Source of the DNA: Nitrosopumilus sp.
Lineage (GTDB): Archaea; Thermoproteota; Nitrososphaeria; Nitrososphaerales; Nitrosopumilaceae
Direction: 5' to 3'
Length of the DNA: 64,000 bases
Assembly (NCBI GenBank): GCA_965218785.1
Contig: OZ244650.1
Location: 1,536,001 to 1,600,000, forward strand
Shown one piece after another: positions 29,553-40,623 of the stretch; the first letter of the stretch is position 1; each line of letters starts with the position of its first letter. Below the pieces are notes generated by a model. It did not search any database. It had not been told where the DNA came from and saw nothing but the letters and a program-made list of their open reading frames with translations. Position numbers and translations under genes: made by a program.

Positions 29553-29575
29553 AATGTGGCAATTATTGCCACATT
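29553..29575. promoter_or_regulatory. Perfect 11-bp inverted repeat (operator or terminator hairpin) between nadX and nadA
   Basis: AATGTGGCAAT-T-ATTGCCACATT; T-tract follows on the minus strand. Confidence 0.5.
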
Positions 29576-30392
29576 AGGTGCCAATCTGAATACCGTCTGA
29601 GCAGTACTTTTTCAGAGTCTCAATGGCAGACAGGACTGCCAGCCTGCTTGTTTTTGGGTTGTTGGGATCGGGAAAATTCTCAATCGTGAAGACCATCTTG
29701 CCAAATTTTCCTGCAGCTTCAATATGATGGGTGTTTTTGTCCGTGTCCGGATCGGCGATAATTTTTACAGCTGTTTTTTCACTGCCTATTCCAGATAATG
29801 ATAAAAGTGCCGCAACGTTGATGTTGGCAGGAAATAAAGTAACTGCCTCTTTAGCATTACCTTCAAAGATTATTGTGGAGGAGGTAATTGAATCCAAATC
29901 AATTTCAGAATCTGCAAAAAACTTTGCACCCTTTAAAGAATCAGGATGTTTTGTAGTAGTAATTGAAATGGATTCTAATTCATCTTTTACGGATTTTAAA
30001 CCATCCAATCCGGCAATTGCGCCGGATGGAAGAAATATTGTTTTTTTAAAATCAGTACACGCCTCTGATAAAATGTCATAGACGGATTCATCAAGTAATG
30101 CGCCAACGCTCATAATCATCAAATCGCGCTTGTTTTGTAGGACACTTAACGCAATATCTTTTACCGCATCCTGAGAGGCAGCCTCTACTACAATATTTAC
30201 CGGATGTGAAGACAGAAGATGGGAGTTTTCGACAATTTCTGGCTTGTTGGTTAGTTTTTCAACTAGAGTCAGGGAAGCATCTTTGGAACCATCATACACG
30301 TGGGTAAGGACTGCGGGAATTTTCCCAGAATCAATCGCAAGAGCTATTTGAGTTCCAATAGCCCCACAACCCAACAAACCAATTTTTTTCAA
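29574..30392 (-). CDS. nadX: L-aspartate dehydrogenase
   Basis: GCGAIG, VEAAS, SGAI.GLD, FPANINVAA, NPKTS.LA. Confidence 0.95.
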   Translation of the reverse strand: MKKIGLLGCGAIGTQIALAIDSGKIPAVLTHVYDGSKDASLTLVEKLTNKPEIVENSHLLSSHPVNIVVEAASQDAVKDIALSVLQNKRDLMIMSVGALLDESVYDILSEACTDFKKTIFLPSGAIAGLDGLKSVKDELESISITTTKHPDSLKGAKFFADSEIDLDSITSSTIIFEGNAKEAVTLFPANINVAALLSLSGIGSEKTAVKIIADPDTDKNTHHIEAAGKFGKMVFTIENFPDPNNPKTSRLAVLSAIETLKKYCSDGIQIGT

Positions 30393-30853
30393 TTATTGGA
30401 GATGAGAATTATCTCTTAATTAATTCGTTTACAAAAATGAAAATGCTCAAAGGATTACAGAGTTTGTACTAACCTGTTTAAAATAAAAAACAGTTCAGGG
30501 CATGGTTGATTTTTAATGATAAAATTCTCATGAATGGTATTTGTTTTAGGATTAATAGCCATGCAAGTCAGAAAAAGACAGCAGGTTTGATTCCTCAAAT
30601 AATTCTCATGTATTCAAATTGCATTGTGAGAGAGAAAATCATCAATGATCCAAAAAAGACATGGTAGACCCAAAATATCCTACAGTGGGGTTGGGATATT
30701 GAGCCTAAATAGTATCTAAAATAGGCATACCATACTATTTTTTGATACTACCACAGTTGAACTGATCTAAAAAACGGGTTGAAATTATGATAACTAATAG
30801 TCAGATTATTACTCTAGGAAAATATCATACCATATGGAGAAAAGAAGAAACGC

Positions 30854-31951
30854 ATGATTGAAGATCCAGTAAAAAGTATGATTACAGAATTGGGCACCCA
30901 TTTATCACAAAAAAAGCATTCAGACATTGTATTAAATAATGGGAATGGAAAGCAGTTTCTCATTGCACCCTCAGAGTTTTCTGAAATAAGGCCGGCAGGT
31001 AATCCCCGCAAGATTGCATTTGTTGATGGCGGGGACGGATTGCTAGAGGAATCGCCAAATTTCCTAATCACCATCAACCGGGTGTATTTTTCACTGTTCC
31101 AGGGCAAAAAGAGAATAAAACCCAAAACCAATCCACGGGTACAATTTTTCTCCAATGTGACTTCAAATATTCAAACCGTTGACGGTAAGAAAACTGTCAG
31201 TTATGATACAAAATTATTCCCCCACACTACAGAAGATAAAAAATTCCTGCCTGCAGAATCTGATTTGGCATCAAGTACTGAGAGCACTACCGTACTACAG
31301 GGGGCACGGCTGAATTCCTTAGGTCGTAGATTTGCCGAATGGCAGTTGGCAATCCATGTGGTGGAATCAGAATTAGAAAAAGGAGACATGATCGTAATGG
31401 ATGGTTCTCTGCAAACCAATTTTAAAAATGAATTAAAATATGCAAACAGGTTATATGATTTGGCAAAAAGTAAGGGGGTAATTGTTTGTGGTTTGGCAAA
31501 GACTAGCAGATTAATCACAGAGTCAGGTCATCCATTACTTGCAAGAGTTGCAGAGATTTCCGAGGATGTCTCTTTTGGAAAATGGTATGTGAAAATTGCC
31601 GAAAAAGTATCTTCAGGTGACAGGGGATTCATGCTGGTAGTAAAATTTCACCCACAATCAAAATTTGTATTTAGATTTGAAATTCTGCGAGAACAGTTCT
31701 TGGAGATGGATGAGGAAGCTTTGAACTCGGTTCTTGACAGTTTGGCTGAAAATTCACAGGATGTAGCCATGATTGGATATCCATATGGTGCAATTGATGC
31801 AGACAGATTTGCCCAGGTTAGGCGTGATGAGTTGGGAATGTATCAGGGATTCATGCTGTCTGAGAAACTTCGGCATCCTGAATGGAGGAGACTGCAAAAG
31901 TATAGTGCGAGTTTGGAGGCACATAATGATCTTAATGGAGTGACCAGTTAA
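30854..31951 (+). CDS. nurA: DNA double-strand break repair nuclease NurA
   Basis: AFVDGG, E..LA, MDGSL, GLAKTS, GYPY...AD..A. Confidence 0.9.
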   Translation: MIEDPVKSMITELGTHLSQKKHSDIVLNNGNGKQFLIAPSEFSEIRPAGNPRKIAFVDGGDGLLEESPNFLITINRVYFSLFQGKKRIKPKTNPRVQFFSNVTSNIQTVDGKKTVSYDTKLFPHTTEDKKFLPAESDLASSTESTTVLQGARLNSLGRRFAEWQLAIHVVESELEKGDMIVMDGSLQTNFKNELKYANRLYDLAKSKGVIVCGLAKTSRLITESGHPLLARVAEISEDVSFGKWYVKIAEKVSSGDRGFMLVVKFHPQSKFVFRFEILREQFLEMDEEALNSVLDSLAENSQDVAMIGYPYGAIDADRFAQVRRDELGMYQGFMLSEKLRHPEWRRLQKYSASLEAHNDLNGVTS

Positions 31952-33534
31952 TGGATGAGTTATCTGTTGTAGGTCAAGTAGTTGGCGGAAGCTTTGGCGA
32001 TATCGTCATTCGGCAAAAGGCCGGAATGGATTTGGAGATCGGGGATTTGATGGTTTGTGAAGAGAACGGTTCATTTTTGATTTTACAGGTCTTTGCATTA
32101 CAGTATGGTTCGCAGATACAAGACAAGATGCAGCAGATGATGTCGGGGGTTAATTTAGAACAGGGAGTAGTTGATGCCCATTTTTATGAGCCTGATTTTG
32201 TAAATTATGTCCTGGCTCGAATAAAACCATTGGCTCGGGTGCATAAGGAAAGCAATGAGGTTAAAATTCCAAAATCATTACCGTCATTTTTTAATAAATT
32301 GCGATTAATTGACAAGGATGATTTGAAATTCCTGCAAAAGGAAAATGACTCGATATTTGTTGGACATATACGAAGTGGAAGTAAAGTAATTACGGAAGCT
32401 GAAGTTTGGCTGCCAGCAGAGGATGTATTTTCCCATCATGTGTTGATTCCTGCAACAACGGGTCGTGGAAAATCAAATTTAGTTAAAACAATTCTTTGGC
32501 ATATTTTAGATACAAACAAAGTTGGTGCGCTGGTGCTAGATGCACACGACGAATACTTTGGAAGAACAGGTGTTGGACTAAAAGATCATCCAAAATCAAA
32601 AGATAACATGGTGTATTACACACCATCAGATCCTCCGGTTGGTGCCAATAGATTGACAATTAACTTGCAAACAATCAGGCCTGAACACTTTGAAGGAATT
32701 GTAGATTTTTCAGATCCGCAATTCCAGGCAATTAGAATGGCTCACAGACAACATAGAAATAATTGGATTCAGGAATTGATGAGAGTCAACGTAACACCAA
32801 TTGAGATGGGGGCAGACAACAGAAGGCAGGGAGACTTTGCAGTAGGTACAATGATGGTAGTTCAAAGGAAATTACGCCTGATTTTGAGCCTGGAAGTGGA
32901 TGAGGAGCAGGTAATTGTCTCAAGACACGAAGTTTTTGAATCTACAACAAGAGGAATCACCACAGTAGATGACATTGTAAGGGATATCGAGCAGGGTAAA
33001 GTTGTGGTTTTGGATACTTCAAGATTAGGAGATGAGGCAGAATTACTAGTTGGAAATATCATTGCATCAAAATTATTACAAAAATACAAGGATGCAAAAG
33101 CTACAGGAGAACTAGAAAGAAAACCGGTGGCCACCATAGTCATTGAGGAAGCCCCTCGTGTCATTGGAGAGGATGTTTTAACATCAAGAAACGATAATAT
33201 CTATTCTACGATAGCTAAGGAAGGACGCAAATTCAAAGTAGGATTAACTGCAATTACACAGTTGAGCAGTGTCATTCCAAAAACCATTCTTGCCAACATG
33301 AATACAAAGATAATTTTAGGAAACGAGATGAAACAAGAGAGGGATGCAATCATTGCCTCAGCATCACAGGATTTATCTGAAGATGACAAAAACATTGCAA
33401 GTTTAGACAAGGGTGAGGCAATCATTACCAGCATCTTTGTGCCCTTTGCAATGCCAATCAAGATTCCATTGTTTGAAGATATAGTAAAAAACAGAGGCAC
33501 GGTAGCTGCCACAGGTAAAACAAGGGTGTTTTAA
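31951..33534 (+). CDS. herA: HerA DNA translocase/helicase
   Basis: HAS barrel, [30 protein letters not shown]. Confidence 0.92.
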   Translation: MDELSVVGQVVGGSFGDIVIRQKAGMDLEIGDLMVCEENGSFLILQVFALQYGSQIQDKMQQMMSGVNLEQGVVDAHFYEPDFVNYVLARIKPLARVHKESNEVKIPKSLPSFFNKLRLIDKDDLKFLQKENDSIFVGHIRSGSKVITEAEVWLPAEDVFSHHVLIPATTGRGKSNLVKTILWHILDTNKVGALVLDAHDEYFGRTGVGLKDHPKSKDNMVYYTPSDPPVGANRLTINLQTIRPEHFEGIVDFSDPQFQAIRMAHRQHRNNWIQELMRVNVTPIEMGADNRRQGDFAVGTMMVVQRKLRLILSLEVDEEQVIVSRHEVFESTTRGITTVDDIVRDIEQGKVVVLDTSRLGDEAELLVGNIIASKLLQKYKDAKATGELERKPVATIVIEEAPRVIGEDVLTSRNDNIYSTIAKEGRKFKVGLTAITQLSSVIPKTILANMNTKIILGNEMKQERDAIIASASQDLSEDDKNIASLDKGEAIITSIFVPFAMPIKIPLFEDIVKNRGTVAATGKTRVF

Positions 33535-34791
33535 TTGTTATTTGCGCATTTGTCGGATATTCATCTAGGTTTTCAAAAATATGAATCATTACAAAAGATA
33601 GAGCAGCAGGTATTTGAGAAAGCGATGGATGAATGTATTTTGAGAAAAGTTGATTTTATTTTAATTCCGGGGGATTTGTTTCATGTAAATATTCCAGAGA
33701 TGAGGGTTCAAAAATTTGCATTTGCAAAGTTTCGTCAAATTCATGATGCGGGAATTCCAATTTATGTGGTTTATGGGAGCCATGATTTTTCTCCAGTGTC
33801 CAATTCTGTAATTGATTTGCTAGCTGAAGTTGGATACATCACCAAGGTAACCAAGGCAACAAGTAATGATAACAATACAATCTCTTTGGATTTCCTAGTC
33901 GATGAGAAAACGGGTGCTAAAATTGCCGGGTTGTCTGGACTCAAAGTTGGAAAGGACAGGGAATGGTATGAGAAACTAGATAGAAGCAGTTTAGAGTCAG
34001 AATCCGGCTTTAAGATATTCCTATTTCATGGCGGAGTCTCTGAAATGAAGATAGATTCAGGCATGGATGGGGATCATATGCCGCTTTCCTTGCTACCTAA
34101 GGGATTCTCATACTATGCAGGAGGACACATGCACAAATTCAATCACCAGACATTTGATGGGTATTCCAATGTTGTATACTCTGGAACTCCATTTGCAGGG
34201 TATCACATAGATTTGGAGGATAATGCAAATGGACAAAAACGGGGATTTGTACTAGTAGAGTTTGATGACGTGGTAAAGTCAGTCGAATTTATAGAGATGG
34301 AAAACACATCATATGAAATCATTGAAGTTAATGCAGATAACAGAAAAGCTGATTCCATCAATCAGGAATTGATAGAGAAGATCAGGGATATTGATCCTGC
34401 AAACAAGGTCGTGATAGTCAAAGTCAAGGGAGAACTGACATCAGGTAAAACTGCGGATGTGAATATTTCTGCAGTCAGGGATAACCTAAATGAGCGCAAT
34501 GCAATGGCAGTCAATGTAAGTAAGAACGGATTAACATCAAAAGAATATTCAATTACAGAAGCAAAGGGTGCAAACAAAGAAGAGATTGAAACTAATGTGT
34601 TTTCTGAAAACATCGGACAGCTGCGTTTTGATCACTCGGAGTTATTGGGGGATGAGGGAATCAAACTGGCAAAAAAATTACTGCGGGAATTAGGTCAGCC
34701 CATTTTAGTTAATGAAAAGAAAAACGAATACATTCCAAGAATCAGAGATAACGCTTTGGCAATTTTAAGGTTAGATAAGGATGATTCTTGA
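33535..34791 (+). CDS. mre11: Mre11 nuclease
   Basis: SDIHLG, GDLFH, GSHD, FHG, GHMH phosphoesterase motifs. Confidence 0.93.
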   Translation: MLFAHLSDIHLGFQKYESLQKIEQQVFEKAMDECILRKVDFILIPGDLFHVNIPEMRVQKFAFAKFRQIHDAGIPIYVVYGSHDFSPVSNSVIDLLAEVGYITKVTKATSNDNNTISLDFLVDEKTGAKIAGLSGLKVGKDREWYEKLDRSSLESESGFKIFLFHGGVSEMKIDSGMDGDHMPLSLLPKGFSYYAGGHMHKFNHQTFDGYSNVVYSGTPFAGYHIDLEDNANGQKRGFVLVEFDDVVKSVEFIEMENTSYEIIEVNADNRKADSINQELIEKIRDIDPANKVVIVKVKGELTSGKTADVNISAVRDNLNERNAMAVNVSKNGLTSKEYSITEAKGANKEEIETNVFSENIGQLRFDHSELLGDEGIKLAKKLLRELGQPILVNEKKNEYIPRIRDNALAILRLDKDDS

Positions 34792-37201
34792 TAGCATCAT
34801 AGTTGAAAATATTCGAAGCTATGAGCATGAAGAAGTAATCTTTCCCATGGGAATCTCTTTGTTTGAAGGCGATATCGGTTCAGGCAAATCAAGCATACTC
34901 ATGGCAATCGAATTTGCACTGTTTGGACTGGGATCTCAAAAGGCAGAAAGTTTGTTGGCAAAAAAATCAGAGACAGGTTTTGTTATTTTAGAATTTTCAG
35001 TAGGTGATAAGAAATATGAAATCAAACGTACTTTGAAAAGAAGGAATTCAGGTGTCAGTCAGGATCCTAAAAATTCCTGGATAAAGATTGATGACGAGAC
35101 CTTGCTGCTATCACCCTCAGAACTAAAGCAGCAGGTTTTGCAGATTCTCAAATTTAACGAGCCAGCAGACCCAAAAGCTGAAAGCAGGATATTCAGATAT
35201 GCCATATTTACGCCTCAGGATGCCATGAAGGAGGTGCTTTTTGACCCTGTAAGGCGTCTTGAAACCATTCGTAAAGCATTTGGGATTGAGGATTACAGCA
35301 TTGCAAATTCAAACGCACATGAAGTACTCTCTGAAATCAGACAAAAAGTAAGAATCTTTCAGGAGAGATTCATCAACATTTCAGAATTAGAGTCTGAAAT
35401 CAAAGAATCAAAAGCGATGATTTCAGAAACGACCAAGGAAATATCTCAAACCAAGGGGCAGATCACAGCATTACAAAAAGAAGAAGGGCAAAAAAACAGG
35501 CAACTAAAAGATTTGCAGACAAGAAATAACGAGAGAGTCAGACTGGAATCAAATCAGGGAAATATTTCAGAGAAGATAAAAACATCAAATCAAGATATTG
35601 AAAAAATAAAGAAGGATGTCATTCAATTGGAAGAAGAATTGAGGGAAGATGATAAAAAAGTTGAAAAGATGTTAGAGATAAAAAACCCCGGAACAGCTAA
35701 AGGCATTCCAGATATAACATCGGAAATTAAAAAAATTCAGGAAATTAACAATAAAAAGATAGGAATCGATACGGAAAAAAGGACAGTCACCGATGAACTT
35801 GCCAGATTAAAGACGACGTTAGGTGAAAAGATAAATTCAGACAAGTCAAGTTTGGAGAAGGCTTTGCAGGATTTGCAAAAAGAGAAAGAGGCCTTGAAAC
35901 AATCTGCCGATGAGATAAAAAAACAGCAGGATAGGATTAAGACAGAGCAAATTGAAAAAACTACTCAAAAAAGATCACTAGAGCAAGAGATTGCAGAATT
36001 TTTGGCATTAGGAAATACTTGTCCTTCCTGCAAGCAGGAAATAACTAAAGATCATCATCATGCGCTAGTTGGTAAAAAACAAAAACTAGTAGATGATTTG
36101 GAGGTAAAAATAAAGTCAATTACTGACTCGTTTTTTGAATCTAGTTCTGCCTCAAAAGAGATTCAATCAAAATTAGATTCGTATGAGGAGGAAATCTCAA
36201 AGATTGAAAAGACTCTTCCAGAAATTGAAATGTACGCCCAAAAATCCTCAAAATTGGGTCAGATTGAGGCTAATTTTGAAGAAATTTTACTTCAATTCCC
36301 CAAAGAATATGGTAATAATCCAATTGAGCATCTGACTGAATTAAAAGACAGTATAACAGCATATGGGAATTCGCAGATGCAGATACGGCAAATAACTCAT
36401 AGCATGCAGAAAATTCAAGAAAAAATGAAATCAGAACAAACAAGAAAAGAGATCCTACAAGATCACATTAAAGAAAAAGAATCCCAATTGAGAGGAATTA
36501 AAACCGCATTAGGAGAGTTTGGTGCATTAGATGAAAAAACAGCGGCAATAGAAAATGAATTGATAGGAATCAGAAAACAAATCACAAAAATATTTGCAAT
36601 TACGGCAAGATCTGAAGAAAAATTAAACAATGAACAAAATAGAATTGCACAAAATGAACAAAAAATGTCTGAAGCAAAAAAATGGAAGGCAAAACACAAA
36701 AAGTTTGTCCAATTTCAAGAATGGTTGGAATTATTTTTCATTCCAACTGTATCTCAGATTGAAAAGCAGGTATTATTGTCAATTTTACAGAATTTCAATG
36801 AGACATACACAAAGTGGTATTCAATTCTTGTTGAGGATCCTACCAAAGAATCTCGAATTGACGAGGACTTTACACCGGTTGTCAATCAGGATGGATATGA
36901 GCAGGAGATTGGATTTTTGTCAGGAGGTGAAAAGACAAGTATTGCACTAGCCTACAGATTGACTTTAAATTCTCTAATGAAAAAAGAGACAAAAGATATG
37001 AAATCTAATTTATTAATTTTAGATGAACCAACTGACGGGTTTTCTAAAAATCAATTAGGTAAAATTCGAGAATTGTTAGATGAGTTAAAATCCGAGCAGG
37101 TCGTGCTTGTTTCACATGAGAAAGAGCTTGAAACGTATGTAGATAATATTTTCCAGATTTCAAAGGAAAACGGATTGTCTAAAATTTCTAAAATGAACTA
37201 G
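34781..37201 (+). CDS. rad50: Rad50 SMC-family ATPase
   Basis: GDIGSGKS, coiled coil with CPSC zinc hook, LSGGE, LDEPT. Confidence 0.95.
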   Translation: MILDSIIVENIRSYEHEEVIFPMGISLFEGDIGSGKSSILMAIEFALFGLGSQKAESLLAKKSETGFVILEFSVGDKKYEIKRTLKRRNSGVSQDPKNSWIKIDDETLLLSPSELKQQVLQILKFNEPADPKAESRIFRYAIFTPQDAMKEVLFDPVRRLETIRKAFGIEDYSIANSNAHEVLSEIRQKVRIFQERFINISELESEIKESKAMISETTKEISQTKGQITALQKEEGQKNRQLKDLQTRNNERVRLESNQGNISEKIKTSNQDIEKIKKDVIQLEEELREDDKKVEKMLEIKNPGTAKGIPDITSEIKKIQEINNKKIGIDTEKRTVTDELARLKTTLGEKINSDKSSLEKALQDLQKEKEALKQSADEIKKQQDRIKTEQIEKTTQKRSLEQEIAEFLALGNTCPSCKQEITKDHHHALVGKKQKLVDDLEVKIKSITDSFFESSSASKEIQSKLDSYEEEISKIEKTLPEIEMYAQKSSKLGQIEANFEEILLQFPKEYGNNPIEHLTELKDSITAYGNSQMQIRQITHSMQKIQEKMKSEQTRKEILQDHIKEKESQLRGIKTALGEFGALDEKTAAIENELIGIRKQITKIFAITARSEEKLNNEQNRIAQNEQKMSEAKKWKAKHKKFVQFQEWLELFFIPTVSQIEKQVLLSILQNFNETYTKWYSILVEDPTKESRIDEDFTPVVNQDGYEQEIGFLSGGEKTSIALAYRLTLNSLMKKETKDMKSNLLILDEPTDGFSKNQLGKIRELLDELKSEQVVLVSHEKELETYVDNIFQISKENGLSKISKMN

Positions 37202-37464
37202 TCAATCAGCCATTTGTTTTGAAATAAATCAAGTCGGTGCTGTTTTTGTTTCCATGATATCATTAGAATTTCTAATTTCCGTAACTAAAAAAAAATCCCA
37301 TAAAAGATTGTGTGTATTCGTGTGATGGCCATATCTGACATATTCTTGCCGAATCCCAGCAGGAGGGCATCTTTGGTGGATAATTGCAGAGGTTTTAGTA
37401 GTCATGCAACAAAACATCAGTATCAGTTTGAGACTTTTATAATGTGATGATATGAAAAAGGAAG

Positions 37465-38121
37465 ATGAAAGCCAGAAATGCAGTTTTACCGATAATTTTG
37501 GCAGTAGGTTTTGCATTTTTACCGCTGGCATATGCAGTGCCATCAGTTACCATCGTAATGGAAAAAACAACATACAGTTACTGTGAAAAACTATTCTATA
37601 CAATTAACGTCTCTGAGATCACGGGGGATTCTGCAATCATTCACATTATAGATGAAACAGGCAAAAAAAGCAGTGCGATTCCAATTCCAATTACAGACTT
37701 GCAAAATCCGGTTCCATCATTGCATGCATTTGAAAAGGAGGTATTTCCGATAGGAAAATATTTCATAGATGTCCAGTATTCGGGTGCTCAATTTACAGCA
37801 GAGTTTGATTTGATTGATTCAAATAATATTTGTGCTCCAGGACTGATCAAGCAGTTTTTGATAGAATGGCTTGAGGATAAAATCTCAGACGGATACCTGA
37901 TAGATGCATTTCAGAAATATGTTGATGCAGAATTAATCAACATACCTTTTGAAATTAATAATGAAAATATTCATGAAATAGACATGCCGGATTGGGTAAA
38001 AACCGTAGGATACTGGTGGGTTCAGGAGGTGATTTCAGATAAAGAATTTGCACAAATAATAAACCATCTTATCGATGAAAATATTATTTCAGAATCTACA
38101 GAGAATGGGAACGAAATATGA
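37465..38121 (+). CDS. Secreted protein with thaumarchaeal P.WVK..G.WW helical domain
   Basis: Signal peptide; MPDWVKTVGYWW...ISDKEFAQII..LID. Confidence 0.75.
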   Translation: MKARNAVLPIILAVGFAFLPLAYAVPSVTIVMEKTTYSYCEKLFYTINVSEITGDSAIIHIIDETGKKSSAIPIPITDLQNPVPSLHAFEKEVFPIGKYFIDVQYSGAQFTAEFDLIDSNNICAPGLIKQFLIEWLEDKISDGYLIDAFQKYVDAELINIPFEINNENIHEIDMPDWVKTVGYWWVQEVISDKEFAQIINHLIDENIISESTENGNEI

Positions 38122-38636
38122 ACAAATATTCAGTTATCACAATAGTGGCAGCGGTAATTATCATCATTCCATTTGCTCATTCAGGATTAAGCATTCTCGG
38201 AGCACAGCAATTAGAATACAGATGGCATCAACCTGGAGAATTCAGCTTTTTTACAATGTCAAATCATGGGGAGATCGAACTTTGTAACACAATGCCGTTT
38301 TGGACCAGTCTGCAAAAGTTTGAAATAGCAACATTCTATGATTCTAGGTATCTGGGTTCGTTTGTAGTAGATGAACCAGTAACAATCAATCCAGTCTCAT
38401 CAGCAGTACAAAAAGGAATTTTTTCAAGTAAAGATATTTCTGAGGTCCAGCATATCTTTATGACGTTGGATTTTGAGTTTAATGGAGGAAGCATTAGGCT
38501 TGATCCTAACAAGTTTATTGTTGTAATGGAGGCAAACACACCCATAATAGGAATAATTCCATACACCACTATTAATCAAATTTCAGGATTTGATTTTGAT
38601 AAAACAATGAATGCCGGGGACTTGACTTGTGATTAA
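38118..38636 (+). CDS. Membrane-anchored hypothetical protein (possible LEA_2-like fold)
   Basis: N-terminal TM then beta-rich domain; ATGA overlap with upstream gene. Confidence 0.7.
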   Translation: MNKYSVITIVAAVIIIIPFAHSGLSILGAQQLEYRWHQPGEFSFFTMSNHGEIELCNTMPFWTSLQKFEIATFYDSRYLGSFVVDEPVTINPVSSAVQKGIFSSKDISEVQHIFMTLDFEFNGGSIRLDPNKFIVVMEANTPIIGIIPYTTINQISGFDFDKTMNAGDLTCD

Positions 38637-38639
38637 GGT

Positions 38640-39446
38640 TTAGCTCTTACTGGCTTTTGCTACTAGTCCCAAAATAATTCCAACAATACCTGCAATTACA
38701 AATGCTGCAACAAATCCCATACCCAATCCTATGCCTACTCCTTTAGCAGAAGAACTTCCAGATGATTGTGATGTTGAATCAAGAACACATTTCCCGTCCT
38801 TGAGAATGGTTCCATCACCGCATCTTTTATCCAATACGCATTTCCCGTCCTCGAGAATGGTTCCATCACCGCATCTTTTATCCAATACGCATTTCCCGTC
38901 CTCGAGAATGGTTCCAGAATCACATATGATGTCTGGTTTCTTCTCAACAGGTACTTCTGAGGTTTTCTCTGGTGGTTCTGGGATCTCAACTGGTGGTTCT
39001 GGGATCTCAACTGGTGGTTCTGGGATCTCAACTGGTGGTTCTTCAACGGAAGATCCACCGAATGTGGAACCAAAAATTTCTATTTCTTCAGTACCTATAG
39101 GTAATTCAATACTCAAAGTTCGACTCTGGGAAGTGGTATCAGTCTCTGTAAAATTTGGTTCATCAGCATCTACTAGGACAATGAAATCATCATCTAATCC
39201 TCTATCGATTGAATCAAAGAAGGATCTCTCAAATGTAATATCTAACGTTCCAGTTGAATCAGGGACATCAACAGCAATTGTCAATGAGATAAAGTCCAAG
39301 TCAGATACAATACTAGATACTGTCAGTTCCGTTTCAGTGTATTCTACATCATACGAAGTCCCATCAACTTCTACTGACATGGTCTCAGCGTATACCAATG
39401 CAAAAGAGATTATTGTAAATAGTATCAATCCAAGTGAGATTTTCAA
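38640..39446 (-). CDS. Cell-surface protein: signal peptide, acidic beta domain, Pro-rich stalk, Cys repeats, C-terminal TM
   Basis: Probable TTG start at 39446 (LKISLGLILF); PPVEIPE and CGDGTILEDGKCVLD repeats; TM + KASKS. Confidence 0.8.
   Translation of the reverse strand: MKISLGLILFTIISFALVYAETMSVEVDGTSYDVEYTETELTVSSIVSDLDFISLTIAVDVPDSTGTLDITFERSFFDSIDRGLDDDFIVLVDADEPNFTETDTTSQSRTLSIELPIGTEEIEIFGSTFGGSSVEEPPVEIPEPPVEIPEPPVEIPEPPEKTSEVPVEKKPDIICDSGTILEDGKCVLDKRCGDGTILEDGKCVLDKRCGDGTILKDGKCVLDSTSQSSGSSSAKGVGIGLGMGFVAAFVIAGIVGIILGLVAKASKS
38788..38916 (-). repeat. 51-bp tandem repeat (about 2.5 copies) encoding CGDGTILEDGKCVLDKR
   Basis: Units begin at 38788, 38839 and 38890 on the plus strand, near identical. 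Confidence 0.92.
38970..39042 (-). repeat. 21-bp perfect tandem repeat (about 3.5 copies) encoding VEIPEPP
   Basis: TGGTGGTTCTGGGATCTCAAC x3 plus a partial copy. Confidence 0.95.
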
Positions 39447-39625
39447 TAGGGAATTAACATCAGGAGAATGTTTCAGTGTCTCAGACCGTAGTTTGCCCAC
39501 ATCGGTGTTAGTCATACAATATGAAATCATCTAAGGGGAGGTTAAAAATGAAGAGGCGATAATAAATCACGTACAAGTCAAGCTTTTTTACTTATTTTTA
39601 ATTTGTGCGTAAATTATGTGTGGGT

Positions 39626-40558
39626 TCAGATGACGCCTCTAAGTATCTGAATAATCTTCTCAGCAATTACGTTTGCAGCCAGTGATTGGGCCTCTTTGGT
39701 TTGAGCACCAATATGAGGCGTTAGGATTACATTATCTAGCTCGGCTAATTTATTTCCAATCGCAGGTTCTTTTTCAAACACATCCAAAGCCGCACCACCC
39801 AAAGTGCCATTTTTTAGGGCATCATATAATGCGTCTTCATCGACGACTCCTCCCCTAGAAGTGTTGATAATTTTTGCAGTGTTCTTCATAGTGGAGATTT
39901 TTTGGGCATCTAAAAGATGATACGTCGAATCCAGCAATGGAACGTGTATTGAAACGTAATCAGAACTTTGCAAAAGTGTGTTCAAGTCTGCTTTCATCAA
40001 GCCGACTTCTTTAGAAAATTCCTCATCAATAGGAACCACATCATATCCAATAATGTTCATGTTAAGTGCATGTGCAAGTCTCCCCAGTTTTTTTCCAATA
40101 TTTCCCAAGCCGATAATTCCAAGATATTTTCCCCTAAGCTCTGTTCCTTTCAGTTCTTTTTTGAGCCATTGTTGATTTCTCAGGGCCCTGTCGCCCCTAG
40201 CAGTCTGTCTTGCCAAAGACAACATCAGTCCTAAAACCAATTCGGCTACTGCATTCATTGCACCCTCTACGGCGTTAATGACACGAATATTTTTTGTCTT
40301 GGCTGCTTGTTGATCGATGTTATCAAGTCCGACTCCGACACGTGCAATTATCTTACAATTTTCTGCCTTGTCAATCATCTCCTTGGTAATACTAGTCCTG
40401 CTCCTTACAATCACGATGTTAAAACCGGGGATTTTTTCCAAGATTTGTTCTGGAGTGATCGCCGGTTCATAAGAAACTTTCAGGCCATTATCTTTTAAAA
40501 TTTTGTTTAGTATTGGATCTACTTCATCACAGATCAAGACTGATTCATCAAAACTCAT
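39626..40558 (-). CDS. serA: D-3-phosphoglycerate dehydrogenase / D-2-hydroxyacid dehydrogenase
   Basis: RVGVGLDNID, GLGNIG, NTSRG, LDVFEKEP, TPHIGAQT. Confidence 0.85.
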   Translation of the reverse strand: MSFDESVLICDEVDPILNKILKDNGLKVSYEPAITPEQILEKIPGFNIVIVRSRTSITKEMIDKAENCKIIARVGVGLDNIDQQAAKTKNIRVINAVEGAMNAVAELVLGLMLSLARQTARGDRALRNQQWLKKELKGTELRGKYLGIIGLGNIGKKLGRLAHALNMNIIGYDVVPIDEEFSKEVGLMKADLNTLLQSSDYVSIHVPLLDSTYHLLDAQKISTMKNTAKIINTSRGGVVDEDALYDALKNGTLGGAALDVFEKEPAIGNKLAELDNVILTPHIGAQTKEAQSLAANVIAEKIIQILRGVI

Positions 40559-40623
40559 AATACCTTAAAACAACATGCGGAATATAATTCATTAAGATAA
40601 TAAAAAGAAAAAAGATGTTAAGA

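Noticed and set aside
30393-30853. Long AT-rich intergenic region as a replication origin
   Set aside because: No repeated ORB-like motifs and no adjacent cdc6/orc1 gene.
30854-37201. HerA/NurA/SMC cluster as a novel anti-phage system
   Set aside because: It is the standard archaeal nurA-herA-mre11-rad50 end-resection operon with canonical motifs.
37229-37345. Minus-strand EYVRYGHHTNTHNLLWDFFLVTEIR resembling an IS200 TnpA N-terminus
   Set aside because: The similarity is too weak; no HUH motif, tnpB or terminal hairpins are evident.
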